Part shown: one piece after another, positions 44,897-55,153 of the stretch
Position numbering within the stretch: the first letter of the stretch is position 1
Layout: every line of letters starts with the position of its first letter
DNA from: Alphaproteobacteria bacterium
GTDB taxonomy: Bacteria; Pseudomonadota; Alphaproteobacteria; UBA828
Assembly (NCBI GenBank): GCA_965237415.1
Contig: CBDEFM010000001.1
Span: forward strand, 480,001-544,000
Reading direction: 5' to 3'
Length of the DNA: 64,000 nt
Program-made: the position numbers and the translations under genes
Notes under the pieces: model-generated
What the model was told of the DNA's origin: nothing
Databases searched by the model: none
What the model saw: the letters and a program-made list of their open reading frames with translations, nothing else

Positions 44897-45328
44897 TCAG
44901 AGAAGGCCCAGCGCCCTGAGCTCGGCGGCCATCTCCGGCGGGAAGGCGTCCTCCGGCAGAGAAACCATGCCGACCGGGCCGAGATCGCGCGGCGCGTCGG
45001 CGGCCTCCAGATAGCGCCACCCCTGGTGCGGGCGACGGTGCACCGGGTCGGTCACAAACAATTCGGGAGCCATTACGATCGCGCACTTGGGCTTGGCCGA
45101 AGCCTGTGTCTCGTGCCGGTCGAAGGCCAGGATCCGCTGGCGCACCCGGATACGGCGCCTGATGACCCAGTACATGGAGCCGCCGGCGAGGATCTCCTCG
45201 GCCCGGCGCGGCGTGAAGCGGGTGACGTGGATCAGGCGGCCGAGCCGCTGAAGCCGCGCCGCCTGGACCGCGCGCAGGTGATCGACACCGTCGATCCCGA
45301 CGGCAAGCTTCAACAGGTTGAGAGACAC
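44897..45328 (-). CDS. DUF1489 family protein
   Basis: LLKLAVG, GGSMYWVI, QGWRYL and ELRALGLL motifs. Confidence 0.88.
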   Translation of the reverse strand: MSLNLLKLAVGIDGVDHLRAVQAARLQRLGRLIHVTRFTPRRAEEILAGGSMYWVIRRRIRVRQRILAFDRHETQASAKPKCAIVMAPELFVTDPVHRRPHQGWRYLEAADAPRDLGPVGMVSLPEDAFPPEMAAELRALGLL

Positions 45329-45341
45329 CGCACTCGATTGC

Positions 45342-46127
45342 TCAGGGGCGCCACTGGGGCGGCCGCTTCTCGAGAAAGGCGGCGATGCCCTCCCTGCCGT
45401 CGTCGGAGGCACGGGCGGCGGCGATCCGGCGCGCGACATCGTCGGCTAGTGCCTCGTCTATCGGCCGGCCCGACACCGCGTCGATCAACGCCTTCGCCCG
45501 GCGATGCGCGTCCGGCGAGCATTGCAGCAGCATCTCGACAACCTCCGCGCCGCGGGCTTCAAGGCCCTCCGCAGGAACCACCTCGTGCACCAGCCCGATC
45601 CTGAGCGCAGTCTCCGCATCGAAGCGCTGGCCGGTGAGCATGAAGCGCCGGCTGTGGGACTCGCCGATGGCCCGGACCACAAACGGGCTGATCACGGCAG
45701 GGATCAGCCCAAGGCGCACCTCGGTCAGCGCGAAGGACACACGCTCGGCGGCAAGCGCGATATCGCAGGCGCTGACCAGCCCGACGCCGCCGCCATAAGC
45801 GGGCCCCTGGACCAGCGCCACGGTCGGCTTTGGCAGGCCGCCCAGCACCATGAGGAGGCGCGCGAGCGCCTGGGCATCGGCGATGTTCTCGGCCTCCGAG
45901 AAGCCCGCGGCTTTCTTCATGTGCACCAGATCGGCGCCGGCACAGAAGGATCTTCCGCGACCGGCGAGGACCACCACCCTCAGATCTTTGCTGGCGCCGA
46001 GATCGCTGAGCGCGTCCGTGAGCCGGGCGATCAGCGCATCGTCGAAGGCGTTGTGCGTCTCGGGCCGGTTGAGCGTCACCGTGGCGACGGCGCCGTCGAT
46101 CCCGACCAGCACGGTGTCGTCCGCCAT
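45342..46127 (-). CDS. enoyl-CoA hydratase (methylglutaconyl-CoA hydratase-like)
   Basis: FCAGADL, YGGGVG and TEVRLGLIP motifs; adjacent to MCC beta subunit. Confidence 0.9.
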   Translation of the reverse strand: MADDTVLVGIDGAVATVTLNRPETHNAFDDALIARLTDALSDLGASKDLRVVVLAGRGRSFCAGADLVHMKKAAGFSEAENIADAQALARLLMVLGGLPKPTVALVQGPAYGGGVGLVSACDIALAAERVSFALTEVRLGLIPAVISPFVVRAIGESHSRRFMLTGQRFDAETALRIGLVHEVVPAEGLEARGAEVVEMLLQCSPDAHRRAKALIDAVSGRPIDEALADDVARRIAAARASDDGREGIAAFLEKRPPQWRP

Positions 46128-46131
46128 GGCC

Positions 46132-47736
46132 CTACATCCTGAAGACGCCGAAGCGCGTGGCCTCGGCCGGGCCGCCCGCGACGATGCCGAGCGCCCGGGC
46201 CAGCACGTGCCGCGTCTCTGCCGGGTCGATCACCCCGTCGTGCCAGAGACGGGCTGCGGCGTAGTAGGGATTCCCCTGCTCCTCGTACTGGGAGAGGATC
46301 GGCGCCTTGAACGCCGCTTCCTCGTCCTCGCTCCAGTCGCCGCCGTCGGCCTCGATCCGGTCGCGCCGGATGCGGGCGAGAACGCCTGCCGCCTGTGCGC
46401 CCCCCATCACCGAGATCCGCGCATTGGGCCACATCCAGAGGAAGCGCGGCCCGAAGGCGCGCCCGCACATGCCGTAATTCCCGGCCCCGTAGCTGCCGCC
46501 GATGATGACCGTGAGCTTGGGCACGGCCGCGCAGGAGACCGCGGTGACGAGCTTGGCCCCGTCCTTGGCGATGCCGCCCTGCTCGTAGCGCTTGCCCACC
46601 ATGAAGCCGACGATGTTCTGGAGGAAGAGAAGCGGGATGTCGCGCTGGCAGCAGAGCTCGATGAAGTGCGCGCCCTTGAGCGACGATTCCGAGAAGAGGA
46701 TGCCGTTGTTGGCGAGGATGCCGACGAGATGCCCGCCGATGCGCGCGAAGCCCGTCACCAGGGTGGCGCCGTAGCGGGCCTTGAACTCGTCGAAGGCGCT
46801 TCCGTCCGCGATGCGCGCGATGGCTTCGCGCACGTTGAACATGGTGCGCAGCGACTGCGGCACGACGCCGTAGATCTCGGCGGGGTCGTAGGCGGGCTCC
46901 GGCGCCGACGAGCCTGGCGCCGCCGGCGGCGCGGCATCCAGGCGGGCGACGATGGCCCGCGCCCGGCGGATCGCGTCGCCATCGTCCGCCGCCATGTGGT
47001 CGGCGACGCCCGAGAGCCGCGTGTGCACGTCGGCGCCGCCCAACTCCTCCGCACTCACCTCTTCCCCGGTCGCCGCCTTCACCAGGGGCGGGCCGGCGAG
47101 GAAGATCGTGCCCTGCTCCTTGACGATGATGGTCTCGTCGGACATCGCCGGCACATAGGCCCCGCCGGCCGTGCACGAGCCCATCACCACGGCGACCTGG
47201 GCGATGCCCTTCGCCGACATGCGTGCCTGGTTGTAGAAGATGCGGCCGAAATGCTCGCGGTCGGGGAATACCTGGTCCTGATGCGGCAGGTTCGCCCCGC
47301 CCGAATCCACTAGATAGAGGCAGGGCAGCCGGTTCTCCTCGGCGATCTCCTGAGCGCGGATGTGTTTCTTGACGGTCATCGGGTAGTAGGTGCCGCCCTT
47401 GACCGTCGCGTCGTTGGCGATGACGACGCACTCGCGCCCCTCGATGCGGCCGATTCCGGTGATGATGCCGGCGGCCGGCACGTCGGCGCCGTAAAGCCCG
47501 TCCGCCGCCAGCGCCGAAAGCTCCAGGAACGATGAGCCCTGATCGATGAGCGCCGCCACCCGCTCGCGCGGCAGCATCTTGCCGCGTTTCCGGTGTCGCT
47601 CGCGTGCCTGGGAGGGACCGCCCTCCAGCACCCGCGCATGGCGGTGGGCGAGGTCGTCCACCAGCGCCCGCATGGCCGCCTCGTTGTTCTTGAACTTGTC
47701 CGAGGCCGGATCGACCGTCGAGCGCAGAACCTCCAT
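46132..47736 (-). CDS. 3-methylcrotonyl-CoA carboxylase beta subunit
   Basis: [30 protein letters not shown] and C-terminal FGVFRM motifs. Confidence 0.94.
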   Translation of the reverse strand: MEVLRSTVDPASDKFKNNEAAMRALVDDLAHRHARVLEGGPSQARERHRKRGKMLPRERVAALIDQGSSFLELSALAADGLYGADVPAAGIITGIGRIEGRECVVIANDATVKGGTYYPMTVKKHIRAQEIAEENRLPCLYLVDSGGANLPHQDQVFPDREHFGRIFYNQARMSAKGIAQVAVVMGSCTAGGAYVPAMSDETIIVKEQGTIFLAGPPLVKAATGEEVSAEELGGADVHTRLSGVADHMAADDGDAIRRARAIVARLDAAPPAAPGSSAPEPAYDPAEIYGVVPQSLRTMFNVREAIARIADGSAFDEFKARYGATLVTGFARIGGHLVGILANNGILFSESSLKGAHFIELCCQRDIPLLFLQNIVGFMVGKRYEQGGIAKDGAKLVTAVSCAAVPKLTVIIGGSYGAGNYGMCGRAFGPRFLWMWPNARISVMGGAQAAGVLARIRRDRIEADGGDWSEDEEAAFKAPILSQYEEQGNPYYAAARLWHDGVIDPAETRHVLARALGIVAGGPAEATRFGVFRM

Positions 47737-47806
47737 CGCCTCTCCTCTGGGTGGCCCCGCCAAGGTACAGGCCGCCATCTGCGATGCAACCACCAGAGCG
47801 CCTAAG

Positions 47807-48210
47807 TCGCGCGGGCCTGAGTCGCGCACGCCCGAAGGGTCGTGCGCGCGGATGTTGGGTCGTGGGTGCCGACGACGAGATGCGAAAGTGGGATCAGCCG
47901 GGATTCAAAGTCGATATTTAGCAATAGCTGGGATTCGGCGGGATTAAGTGGGATTAAGTGGGATGCGGCGGGATTCGGAGCGGACTTGATCGTGAAAGTG
48001 GGATTCGGAAGTGGGATTCGGAAGTGGGATTCGGCGGGATAAGGTGGGATTCCGAGGAAGAGGCGGCGGCGAGGCGGAGCGCAGGCGATACCCGCTCGCC
48101 GAGAGAATGCCGGCTCATCATGCCTCCGCTTGCCGTGACCCGCGTGCTCTCACGCTTCATGGCGCGATCCTGATGCAAGAAGCGCGCACCGTGCACCGAA
48201 CCATGGTCCG
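47807..48210. repeat. composite intergenic repeat, copy B (hairpin, GGGAT array, conserved block)
   Basis: 12 GGGAT copies between 47890 and 48050; modules shared with 6073-6300. Confidence 0.8.
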
Positions 48211-48359
48211 GGGAGTCGGGGGCTGAGGGATATGAACAGGTTGGGAGAGGGTCAGGGTGAAGTGGGGGAATGAAACGCAAGGCGGCGGCCGGGTCACGCC
48301 ATCCCGGCAAGATCGCGCAACTGCTAAGATAGGCTGCCATCGACCAGGGGAGCACCGTC

Positions 48360-49355
48360 ATGCGCCTGCCCACGCTGGCCGCGTTTCAGGAGGCCGCCGC
48401 GTTCGTCCACGAGACCCTCGACCCGACGCCGCAGATCGCCTGGCCGCTGCTGGCCGAGCGCACCGGCGCGCAGGTCTGGGTCAAGCACGAGAACCACACA
48501 CCGATCGGTGCCTTCAAGGTGCGGGGCGGGCTCGTCTTCATGGACGATCTGCGCCGGCACGGGCCGGCCCCCGGCGTGATCGCCGCCACCAGGGGCAATC
48601 ACGGCCAGAGCATCGCCTTCGCCGCGGCCCGGCTCGGCCTCGCCTCGACCCTGGTGGTGCCGGAGGGCAATGCCGCTGGCAAGAACGCGGCGATGGCTGC
48701 GTTCGGCGGCGAGCTCGTGGTGCACGGCGCGGACTTCGAGGGCGCGTTCGACCGCGCGCAGGCGCTGGCGGCGGAGCGGGGCCTGGTAATGGTTCCCTCC
48801 TTCGACGAGCGCCTCATACGGGGCGTCGGCACCTATGCGCTCGAGCTCTTCACCGCCGTGCCCGACCTCGACGCGGTCTATGTGCCGGTCGGGCTGGGCT
48901 CCGGCATCTGCGGGCTGATGGGCGTGCGCGATGCGCTCGGGCTGAAGACCGAGATCATCGGCGTCGTCGCCGAGGGCGCCAACTGCTACGCGCTCAGCTT
49001 CGAGGCGAGGCGGCCGATCTCGACCAACCGGTCTACGACCGTGGTGGGCGACGGGATCGCGACCCGCGTGCCCTCGGCGCAAGCCCTGGAGGCGATCCTC
49101 GCCGGCTGCGCCCGCATCGTCAGCGTCTCCGACGACGAAATGCTGGATGCCATCGCCGCCTACCACGCCGACACCCACAACCTTGCCGAGGGCGCGGGCG
49201 CTTCTCCGCTCGCAGCACTCATGCAGGAGCGCGCCGCGATGGCCGGCAAGAAGGTGGGGCTGATTCTCTCGGGCGGCAACGTGGACCCCGGCGTCTATGC
49301 CCGCGCCCTCGCGCGGCTGGATGCGGGCCCGGCTGCTCGCGCGGCTGCCGAATAA
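48360..49355 (+). CDS. threonine dehydratase-like PLP enzyme
   Basis: KHENHTPIGAFKVRG, TRGNHG, GLGSG and LSGGN motifs. Confidence 0.9.
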   Translation: MRLPTLAAFQEAAAFVHETLDPTPQIAWPLLAERTGAQVWVKHENHTPIGAFKVRGGLVFMDDLRRHGPAPGVIAATRGNHGQSIAFAAARLGLASTLVVPEGNAAGKNAAMAAFGGELVVHGADFEGAFDRAQALAAERGLVMVPSFDERLIRGVGTYALELFTAVPDLDAVYVPVGLGSGICGLMGVRDALGLKTEIIGVVAEGANCYALSFEARRPISTNRSTTVVGDGIATRVPSAQALEAILAGCARIVSVSDDEMLDAIAAYHADTHNLAEGAGASPLAALMQERAAMAGKKVGLILSGGNVDPGVYARALARLDAGPAARAAAE

Positions 49356-49428
49356 GGTTATTGTCGCTCACGGTCGCGGCCTGTCGCGAGCCCGTCAAGG
49401 ACGGACTCGCTCTGGGCGCAGGCGTTGC

Positions 49429-50484
49429 TCAGGCCTGGCGCGGGCCCTGAACCCATTCCATCAGGCGGGCGAAGAGGTTGCGGGCCTGGGCGGTGAGGCC
49501 CTCCGGCACCGCGAGCACGAAGAGCACGAGGATCACGCCGAGGATCAGGTTGACGTCGACGGTCTGCTGCGTGCCGAGCTCGATCGTCGCGAAGCCCAGG
49601 ATCATCGCGCCCACCAGCGGCCCCACCAGGGTGCCGAGTCCGCCGACGACGACCCAGATGATGATCTGCGCGCTGAAGCCGAGGTCGAATACGGTGGGGC
49701 TCACGTAGGAGTTCCAGTTGGCGTAGAGCACGCCCGCGAGGCCCGCGACCGCACCGCCGATCCCGAAGGTCACCATCTTGTAGAGCCGCGTGTCGTAACC
49801 GAGCAGTTCGGCCCGAATCTCGTTCTCCCGCACCGCCGCGACCGCGCGGCCGAAGCTGGAGTACATCAGGAGGCGCAGGCACACATAGACCAGCAGCAGG
49901 CAGATCCCGGTGATGAGGAACATGTCCTCGGGCCAGATGATGCTCATGGGATTGCCTGGCGTGTTGATCGGCGGCAGTGCCGGCATGCCGTTGAAGCCGC
50001 CGAGATGGGCGGTGCCGATGGTGTATTCGTAGCCCGCCGTGTGGCCCAGGAACTTGTAGAAGATCAGCGACACCACGAGGGTGATGACGGCCACGTAGAC
50101 CGTGCTGATGCGGCCATAGAACATGAGATAGCCGAGGAGGAGGGCGGCGCCGGCAGGCACGGCGACGCCGGCGGCGAGCGCGCCCGTGCTGCCCCCCATG
50201 TTGATGGAGACCACGGCGTAGGTGTAGCCGCCGAGGCCGTAGAACGCGGCCTGGCCGAAACTGAAGATGCCGCCATAGCCCCAGACCCAGCCGAGGCTCA
50301 TGGCGAGGATGGCGTAGGCCATGAAGAGCGTGAGCTGCAGCAGGATGAAGATGTCGGAGATGACCAACGGCAGGATCGCGATGACGAGTGCGATGGCCAC
50401 GACCAGCGCGATCGGGCCGGTGAGCGCCGGCGAGAGCCGCCCCACCGTGAGCCCTTCGGCGTTGAGGCTGACGTTCAGAGCCAT
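49429..50484 (-). CDS. branched-chain amino acid/urea-type ABC permease (LivM/UrtC-like)
   Basis: SFGQAAFYGLG, AVRENE and VVVGGLGT motifs. Confidence 0.88.
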   Translation of the reverse strand: MALNVSLNAEGLTVGRLSPALTGPIALVVAIALVIAILPLVISDIFILLQLTLFMAYAILAMSLGWVWGYGGIFSFGQAAFYGLGGYTYAVVSINMGGSTGALAAGVAVPAGAALLLGYLMFYGRISTVYVAVITLVVSLIFYKFLGHTAGYEYTIGTAHLGGFNGMPALPPINTPGNPMSIIWPEDMFLITGICLLLVYVCLRLLMYSSFGRAVAAVRENEIRAELLGYDTRLYKMVTFGIGGAVAGLAGVLYANWNSYVSPTVFDLGFSAQIIIWVVVGGLGTLVGPLVGAMILGFATIELGTQQTVDVNLILGVILVLFVLAVPEGLTAQARNLFARLMEWVQGPRQA

Positions 50485-51341
50485 CGGCGGAAGAAGCGGC
50501 CGGTGATGCCCTGCGGCAGGAGCCTGAGCAGGATGACCGCGGCGATCAGGAGCGCGACATCGCCCATGACCGGCGTCCACAGGAAGGTGGTGACCTGGTT
50601 GACGGTGCCGAAGAGCGCGGCGGCAGAGGACGTGCCGGTGACGATGGCCTCGCCGCCGCCGATCACGGTAATGAAGGCCTTGGCGATGAAGGCGGCGCCC
50701 ATGGTCGGCAGCAGGCCGCTCACCGGCGCGAGCGCGGCGCCCGCGAGCCCGGTCAGCGCCGCGCCGACGCCGAAGGTGATGGTGTAGACGTACTGCGGGC
50801 TGATGCCGAGCGCCGCCGCCATGTCGGCGTTCTGCATCGTGCCGCGGGCGATCAGGCCGGCGCGCGTGTAGCGCAGCACCGCGAAGATCACCGCGATCAC
50901 CAGAACGCCCAGGAAGATGATGAAGAGCCGGTACTGGCTCTCGGCGAACTTGCCGATCTCGAAGCTGCCGAGCGGCGAGACCACGCTCTCGGTCGCATTG
51001 CCGAAAATGGTGGTGATGATGCCGATGAAGAGCAGGCTCAAGCCCCAGGTCGCAATCAGGGTGTCCATCATGCGGCCGTAGAGGAAGCGGACGATGAAGC
51101 GCTCGACGATGACGCCGACGATGCCGACGAAGAGCGGCGCGATGACCAGCATCGACACCCAGAAGTTGATGCCGGCCTTGGTCGAGACGACGACCGCGTA
51201 GGCGCCGAGCATCAGGAACTCGCCGTGGGCCAGGTTGATGACCCGCATCATGCCGAAAATGACGGCCAGCCCCGCGCTGATAAGCGCGAGGCTGGCGATG
51301 GTGTAGCCGATCTGGACGGCGATGATGCCGGCGAGATCCAT
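50475..51341 (-). CDS. ABC permease (LivH/UrtB-like)
   Basis: GLAVIFGMMRVINLAHGEF motif. Confidence 0.9.
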   Translation of the reverse strand: MDLAGIIAVQIGYTIASLALISAGLAVIFGMMRVINLAHGEFLMLGAYAVVVSTKAGINFWVSMLVIAPLFVGIVGVIVERFIVRFLYGRMMDTLIATWGLSLLFIGIITTIFGNATESVVSPLGSFEIGKFAESQYRLFIIFLGVLVIAVIFAVLRYTRAGLIARGTMQNADMAAALGISPQYVYTITFGVGAALTGLAGAALAPVSGLLPTMGAAFIAKAFITVIGGGEAIVTGTSSAAALFGTVNQVTTFLWTPVMGDVALLIAAVILLRLLPQGITGRFFRRWL

Positions 51342-51370
51342 GATCGGTAACGACTGCAGCTAGGTCAGGG

Positions 51371-52612
51371 TCAGTCGACCTTGATCCGGTACTGTGTCGC
51401 CTGATCCGGATTGCTGATCAGGTCGCAGACCGTGGCGGTGTCGTCCGGATGCCGGTTCTCGGCGACCTCGACGATGTCGAAATTGCCGCCGCGGAGCTCA
51501 GCGATCGCCGCGCTCATGATCGTGTGGTGGGTGGGCGGATCCATCGTCACGGTGCCACCCGGCCCCTCGACGGAGATCCCGGTCTCCAGCGCCTCGATCA
51601 CCGCCATGCGCTCGATGGTGCCGGCCATCTCCACGGCCTTCTTCCACATGTTGACCGAGTTGTAGGTGCAGATAGCGAGCGTGCCGATCTCCGCCGCGTC
51701 GGCCCCGTAGCGGGCGCGCCAGTTCTCCAGGAAGGCCGCGTTCGCCGGCGTGTCGATGCTCTGGAAGTAGTGGTACGAGCACATGATGCCCTCGGCCTCC
51801 TCGGCCGAGACGAAGGCGTTCTCCCACGGGCCGAACACGGTGGACGCGACCGGAATCTTGTCCTGCATCCCCGCCGCCGGCCACTGCCGGTAGAAGCCGA
51901 TGTGGTTGCCGCCGACGAGCGCCGAGACCACCAGGTCGGGGGCGGCCTGCTGGATCTTGGTGATGGTCGACGCGAAGTCGCCGACATCGAGGGGGAAGAA
52001 CTCCTCGGCGATGACCTCGCCCCCAAAATCCTTGGCGTACTTCTTGATCCAGTCGGCGGTGATCTGCCCGTAGATGTAGTCGGCGGCGATGGTGTAGACG
52101 GTCTTGGCGCCGAACTTGTTCATCGCGTACTGCAGCAGCGGGCCGTTGATCTGGGCCGGCGTCTCCGCGTTGCAGAAGACGGTCCGGTCGCAGACGCCAC
52201 CCTCGTAAAAGGTGCTGTAGAAGTAGAGCTTTTGGAAGCGGTCGAAGACCGGGCGGATGGATTCGCGCGACGCACTCGTGATGCCGCCGAAGATCACATC
52301 GACCTGGTCGCTGGTGGAGAGCCGCTGTGCATACTGCGAGTAGTTGGCCATGGTCGACTGGGCGTCGTACTCGACGAGCTCCAGCTGCTGGCCGAGCACC
52401 CCGCCGGCGGCGTTGATCTCGTCCACCGCGAAGACGAGCGCGTCGGCCATCTCGTTGCCGTAGATGCCGATCGGGCCGGTACGGTCGTGCAGCCCGCCGA
52501 CCCTGATGGTGTCGGCACGCGCGGGCTTCACGATGATGGTCGGCGCCACAACCAGCGCCGCGCCGGCGATCCCGGCCCCCTTGAGCAATGTGCGACGATT
52601 GACTTTGCTCAT
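51371..52612 (-). CDS. amide/urea-type ABC substrate-binding protein, Tat signal
   Basis: NRRTLLK Tat motif, EINAAGG, TSASRE and YEGG motifs. Confidence 0.9.
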   Translation of the reverse strand: MSKVNRRTLLKGAGIAGAALVVAPTIIVKPARADTIRVGGLHDRTGPIGIYGNEMADALVFAVDEINAAGGVLGQQLELVEYDAQSTMANYSQYAQRLSTSDQVDVIFGGITSASRESIRPVFDRFQKLYFYSTFYEGGVCDRTVFCNAETPAQINGPLLQYAMNKFGAKTVYTIAADYIYGQITADWIKKYAKDFGGEVIAEEFFPLDVGDFASTITKIQQAAPDLVVSALVGGNHIGFYRQWPAAGMQDKIPVASTVFGPWENAFVSAEEAEGIMCSYHYFQSIDTPANAAFLENWRARYGADAAEIGTLAICTYNSVNMWKKAVEMAGTIERMAVIEALETGISVEGPGGTVTMDPPTHHTIMSAAIAELRGGNFDIVEVAENRHPDDTATVCDLISNPDQATQYRIKVD

Positions 52613-52836
52613 CGTTATCCTCCCTGACTCGTTGCGTCCTGCCGTCCGTGCCGGGCGTGGCTCGGCCGGGCGCCGGCGTCGTTATCCAGCGCGACGCAGA
52701 GGATCGTAGCCACCTTCAACTCCGGCCACAATCCGCAGCCGCGCGCAGCCCCACTCAGTGATCGCAGCGTGAGCCGATCGGAACGAATCAAACGAACGCT
52801 TGCCCAAACGGGTTCAGTCCGAAATGATCGTCTGCC

Positions 52837-53421
52837 GTGGCGACAACCGACGCGAAACGCAGGGACAATCGGCGGGGTCGCATCCTCGACGCGGCCGCGG
52901 TCGAGTTCGCGCGGGCCGGTTACAGCGCCACCTCGGTCCGGGACATTGCCGCGGCGGCCGGAATCCTCCCCGGCTCGATGTACTACCACTTCGCCTCCAA
53001 GGAAGACCTGCTTGCGGCGGTGCATGCGACCGGAATCCGGCGGATTAAGGAGCGCGTGCTCGCGGCCATCGAGACCGCGAACGATCCCTGGGGCAGGCTG
53101 GAGGCCGCCTGCGCCGCCCACGTCGAGACCCTGCATCAGAGCAAGGATTACGGCTCGGTCATCGCTACCGAGTTTCCGCACCGGCATTCGCCGAAGCTCC
53201 GCGAGCGCATGATCGAGGAGCGCGACGACTACGAGAACGTCTTTCGCCGTCTGATCGACGACCTGCCCCTGCCGCCGGGCACGAGCCGCAAGTATTTCCG
53301 CCTTGCGCTCATCGGCGCCATGGCCTGGTCGATCGCCTGGTACAAGCCGGGCGAGGACTCGGCGGAGGAGATCGCGCGTCAGATCGTCGGCCTCTTTCGC
53401 CCAGCGGTGGAGCCGACATGA
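52837..53421 (+). CDS. TetR family regulator
   Basis: GYSATSVRDIAAAAGILPGSMYYHFASKE HTH. Confidence 0.92.
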   Translation: MATTDAKRRDNRRGRILDAAAVEFARAGYSATSVRDIAAAAGILPGSMYYHFASKEDLLAAVHATGIRRIKERVLAAIETANDPWGRLEAACAAHVETLHQSKDYGSVIATEFPHRHSPKLRERMIEERDDYENVFRRLIDDLPLPPGTSRKYFRLALIGAMAWSIAWYKPGEDSAEEIARQIVGLFRPAVEPT

Positions 53422-54197
53422 GACTCGAAGGCAAGATCGCGGTCGTGACCGGGGCTGCGCGCGGCATCGGCGCCGCCTGCGCCCGACGCTTCGCCGCTGA
53501 GGGCGCGGCAGTCGTCCTCGCCGACATCCTGGAGGAGCTAGGCGAGGCGACGGCGCAAGCGATATGCAACGACGGCGGCTCTGCCGCCTTCATGCCCTGC
53601 GACACCGGCGACGGCCCGCAGGCCCGCGCGCTGATCGAGCAGACGATTTCGCGCCACGGGCGCATCGACGTTCTGGTGAACAACGCCGGCATCTTCACGA
53701 TCGCGGACTTCCTCGACGTGACCGAGGAGGACTTCGACCGCGTGCTCCGCGTCAATCTGAAGGGCTACTTCCTGGTGGGCCAGGCGGCGGCGCGGGAAAT
53801 GGCGGCCGCAGGCTCGGGCAGCATCATCAACATGTCGTCGGTGAACGGGGTGATGGCGATCGAATCGATCGCGCCCTATGTCGTCAGCAAGGGCGGGGTC
53901 AACCAGCTCACCTCGGTCATGGCGCTGGCGCTGGCGCCCAAGGGCGTCCGCGTCAACGCCATCGGCCCAGGCACGATCCTCACCGAGATGTCGGGGTCGC
54001 TGATCACCGACAAGGCGGCGCAGCGACGGGTCCTCTCCCGCACACCGATGGGCCGCGTCGGGCAGCCGGAGGAGATCGCCGGCATCGCGGTCTTCCTCGC
54101 AAGCGAGGATTCGTCCTATGTCACGGGGCAGGTGATCTATGCTGACGGCGGGCGCATGCGGCTCAACTACACCATGCCGGTGGACGGCGACGGATAG
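53418..54197 (+). CDS. SDR family oxidoreductase
   Basis: TGAARGIG, NNAG and YVVSK motifs. Confidence 0.92.
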   Translation: MRLEGKIAVVTGAARGIGAACARRFAAEGAAVVLADILEELGEATAQAICNDGGSAAFMPCDTGDGPQARALIEQTISRHGRIDVLVNNAGIFTIADFLDVTEEDFDRVLRVNLKGYFLVGQAAAREMAAAGSGSIINMSSVNGVMAIESIAPYVVSKGGVNQLTSVMALALAPKGVRVNAIGPGTILTEMSGSLITDKAAQRRVLSRTPMGRVGQPEEIAGIAVFLASEDSSYVTGQVIYADGGRMRLNYTMPVDGDG

Positions 54198-54208
54198 GGA
54201 GCGCGGCC

Positions 54209-54946
54209 ATGGCGGACGAACGGAGGACGTTGATCCTCACCGGCGCGAGCCAGGGGATCGGGCACGCAACGGTCAAGCGCTTCAGCGCGGCCGGCTGGCG
54301 GGTCATCACCGCCTCGCGCCGGGCCTTCTCGGAGGATTGCCCGTGGGAGGCGGGACCCGAGGACCACATCAGGATCGACTTGTCCGATCCTGGGGACGTG
54401 GCGCGCGGCATCGAGGAGATGCGCGCCCGCCTGGGCGGTGCGCCGCTGAGCGCGCTGGTCAACAATGCGGGCATCTCGCCCAAGGGCGAGAACGGTGCCC
54501 GGCTCGACAGCCTGCGCACCGATCTCGACCTCTGGCGCGAGGTCTTCCAGGTCAACTTCTACGCGCCGCTGGCGCTGGCGCGGGGCCTCTTCGAGGAGCT
54601 GAAGCAGGGCCAGGGCAGCGTCGTGAACGTGACCTCGATTGCGGGCGGCAGGGTCCACCGCTTCGCCGGCAGCGCCTATGCGACCTCCAAGGCGGCGCTG
54701 GCGTCGCTCACGCGCGAGATGGCGGCGGATTTCGGCCCGCTCGGCATCCGCGTCAACGCCATCGCGCCGGGAGAGATCGACACGCCCATCCTCTCGCCCC
54801 AGGCCAACGACCTTCTCCCCGCAATTCCCTTGGCGCGCCTCGGCAAGCCCTCAGAAGTGGCATCCGCGATCTATTTCCTCTGCTCGGACACTGCCGCCTA
54901 CATCACCGGCGGCGAGCTGCACGTGAACGGCGGCCAGCACGTCTAG
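54209..54946 (+). CDS. SDR family oxidoreductase (FixR-like)
   Basis: TGASQGIG, NNAG, YATSK and NGGQHV motifs. Confidence 0.9.
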   Translation: MADERRTLILTGASQGIGHATVKRFSAAGWRVITASRRAFSEDCPWEAGPEDHIRIDLSDPGDVARGIEEMRARLGGAPLSALVNNAGISPKGENGARLDSLRTDLDLWREVFQVNFYAPLALARGLFEELKQGQGSVVNVTSIAGGRVHRFAGSAYATSKAALASLTREMAADFGPLGIRVNAIAPGEIDTPILSPQANDLLPAIPLARLGKPSEVASAIYFLCSDTAAYITGGELHVNGGQHV

Positions 54947-54974
54947 GGCCGCGCGCTGTGCGCGCCCGGCGGAA

Positions 54975-55026
54975 TGGCGCGCCCGGCAGGACTCGAACCT
55001 GCGACCCCAAGCTTAGAAGGCTCGTG
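54975..55026 (-). other. att site: 3' fragment of tRNA-Arg(TCT)
   Basis: Minus strand CACGAGCCTTCTAAGCTTGGGGTCGCAGGTTCGAGTCCTGCCGGGCGCGCCA has the anticodon arm (TCT), T arm and CCA; the 5' acceptor strand and D arm are absent. Confidence 0.85.
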
Positions 55027-55153
55027 GTTTTCCTTTGAAAACAACGCCGTTAGACAGTTTTTCGGCTGTTTTCCCCCACCGCGCACCAAGGGCTTACGGG
55101 CAAAGTGTCTAACAATTTGCCCGTAACCGAGCTCGCCCGGAGAGGGGAGAAGC

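Noticed and set aside
47890-48050. CRISPR array or coding repeat (WDS/GIR peptides)
   Set aside because: Units are 10-13 bp with no unique spacers; the ORFs are short and lack SD or homology cues
54975-55026. Intact tRNA-Arg gene
   Set aside because: The 5' acceptor strand and D arm are missing
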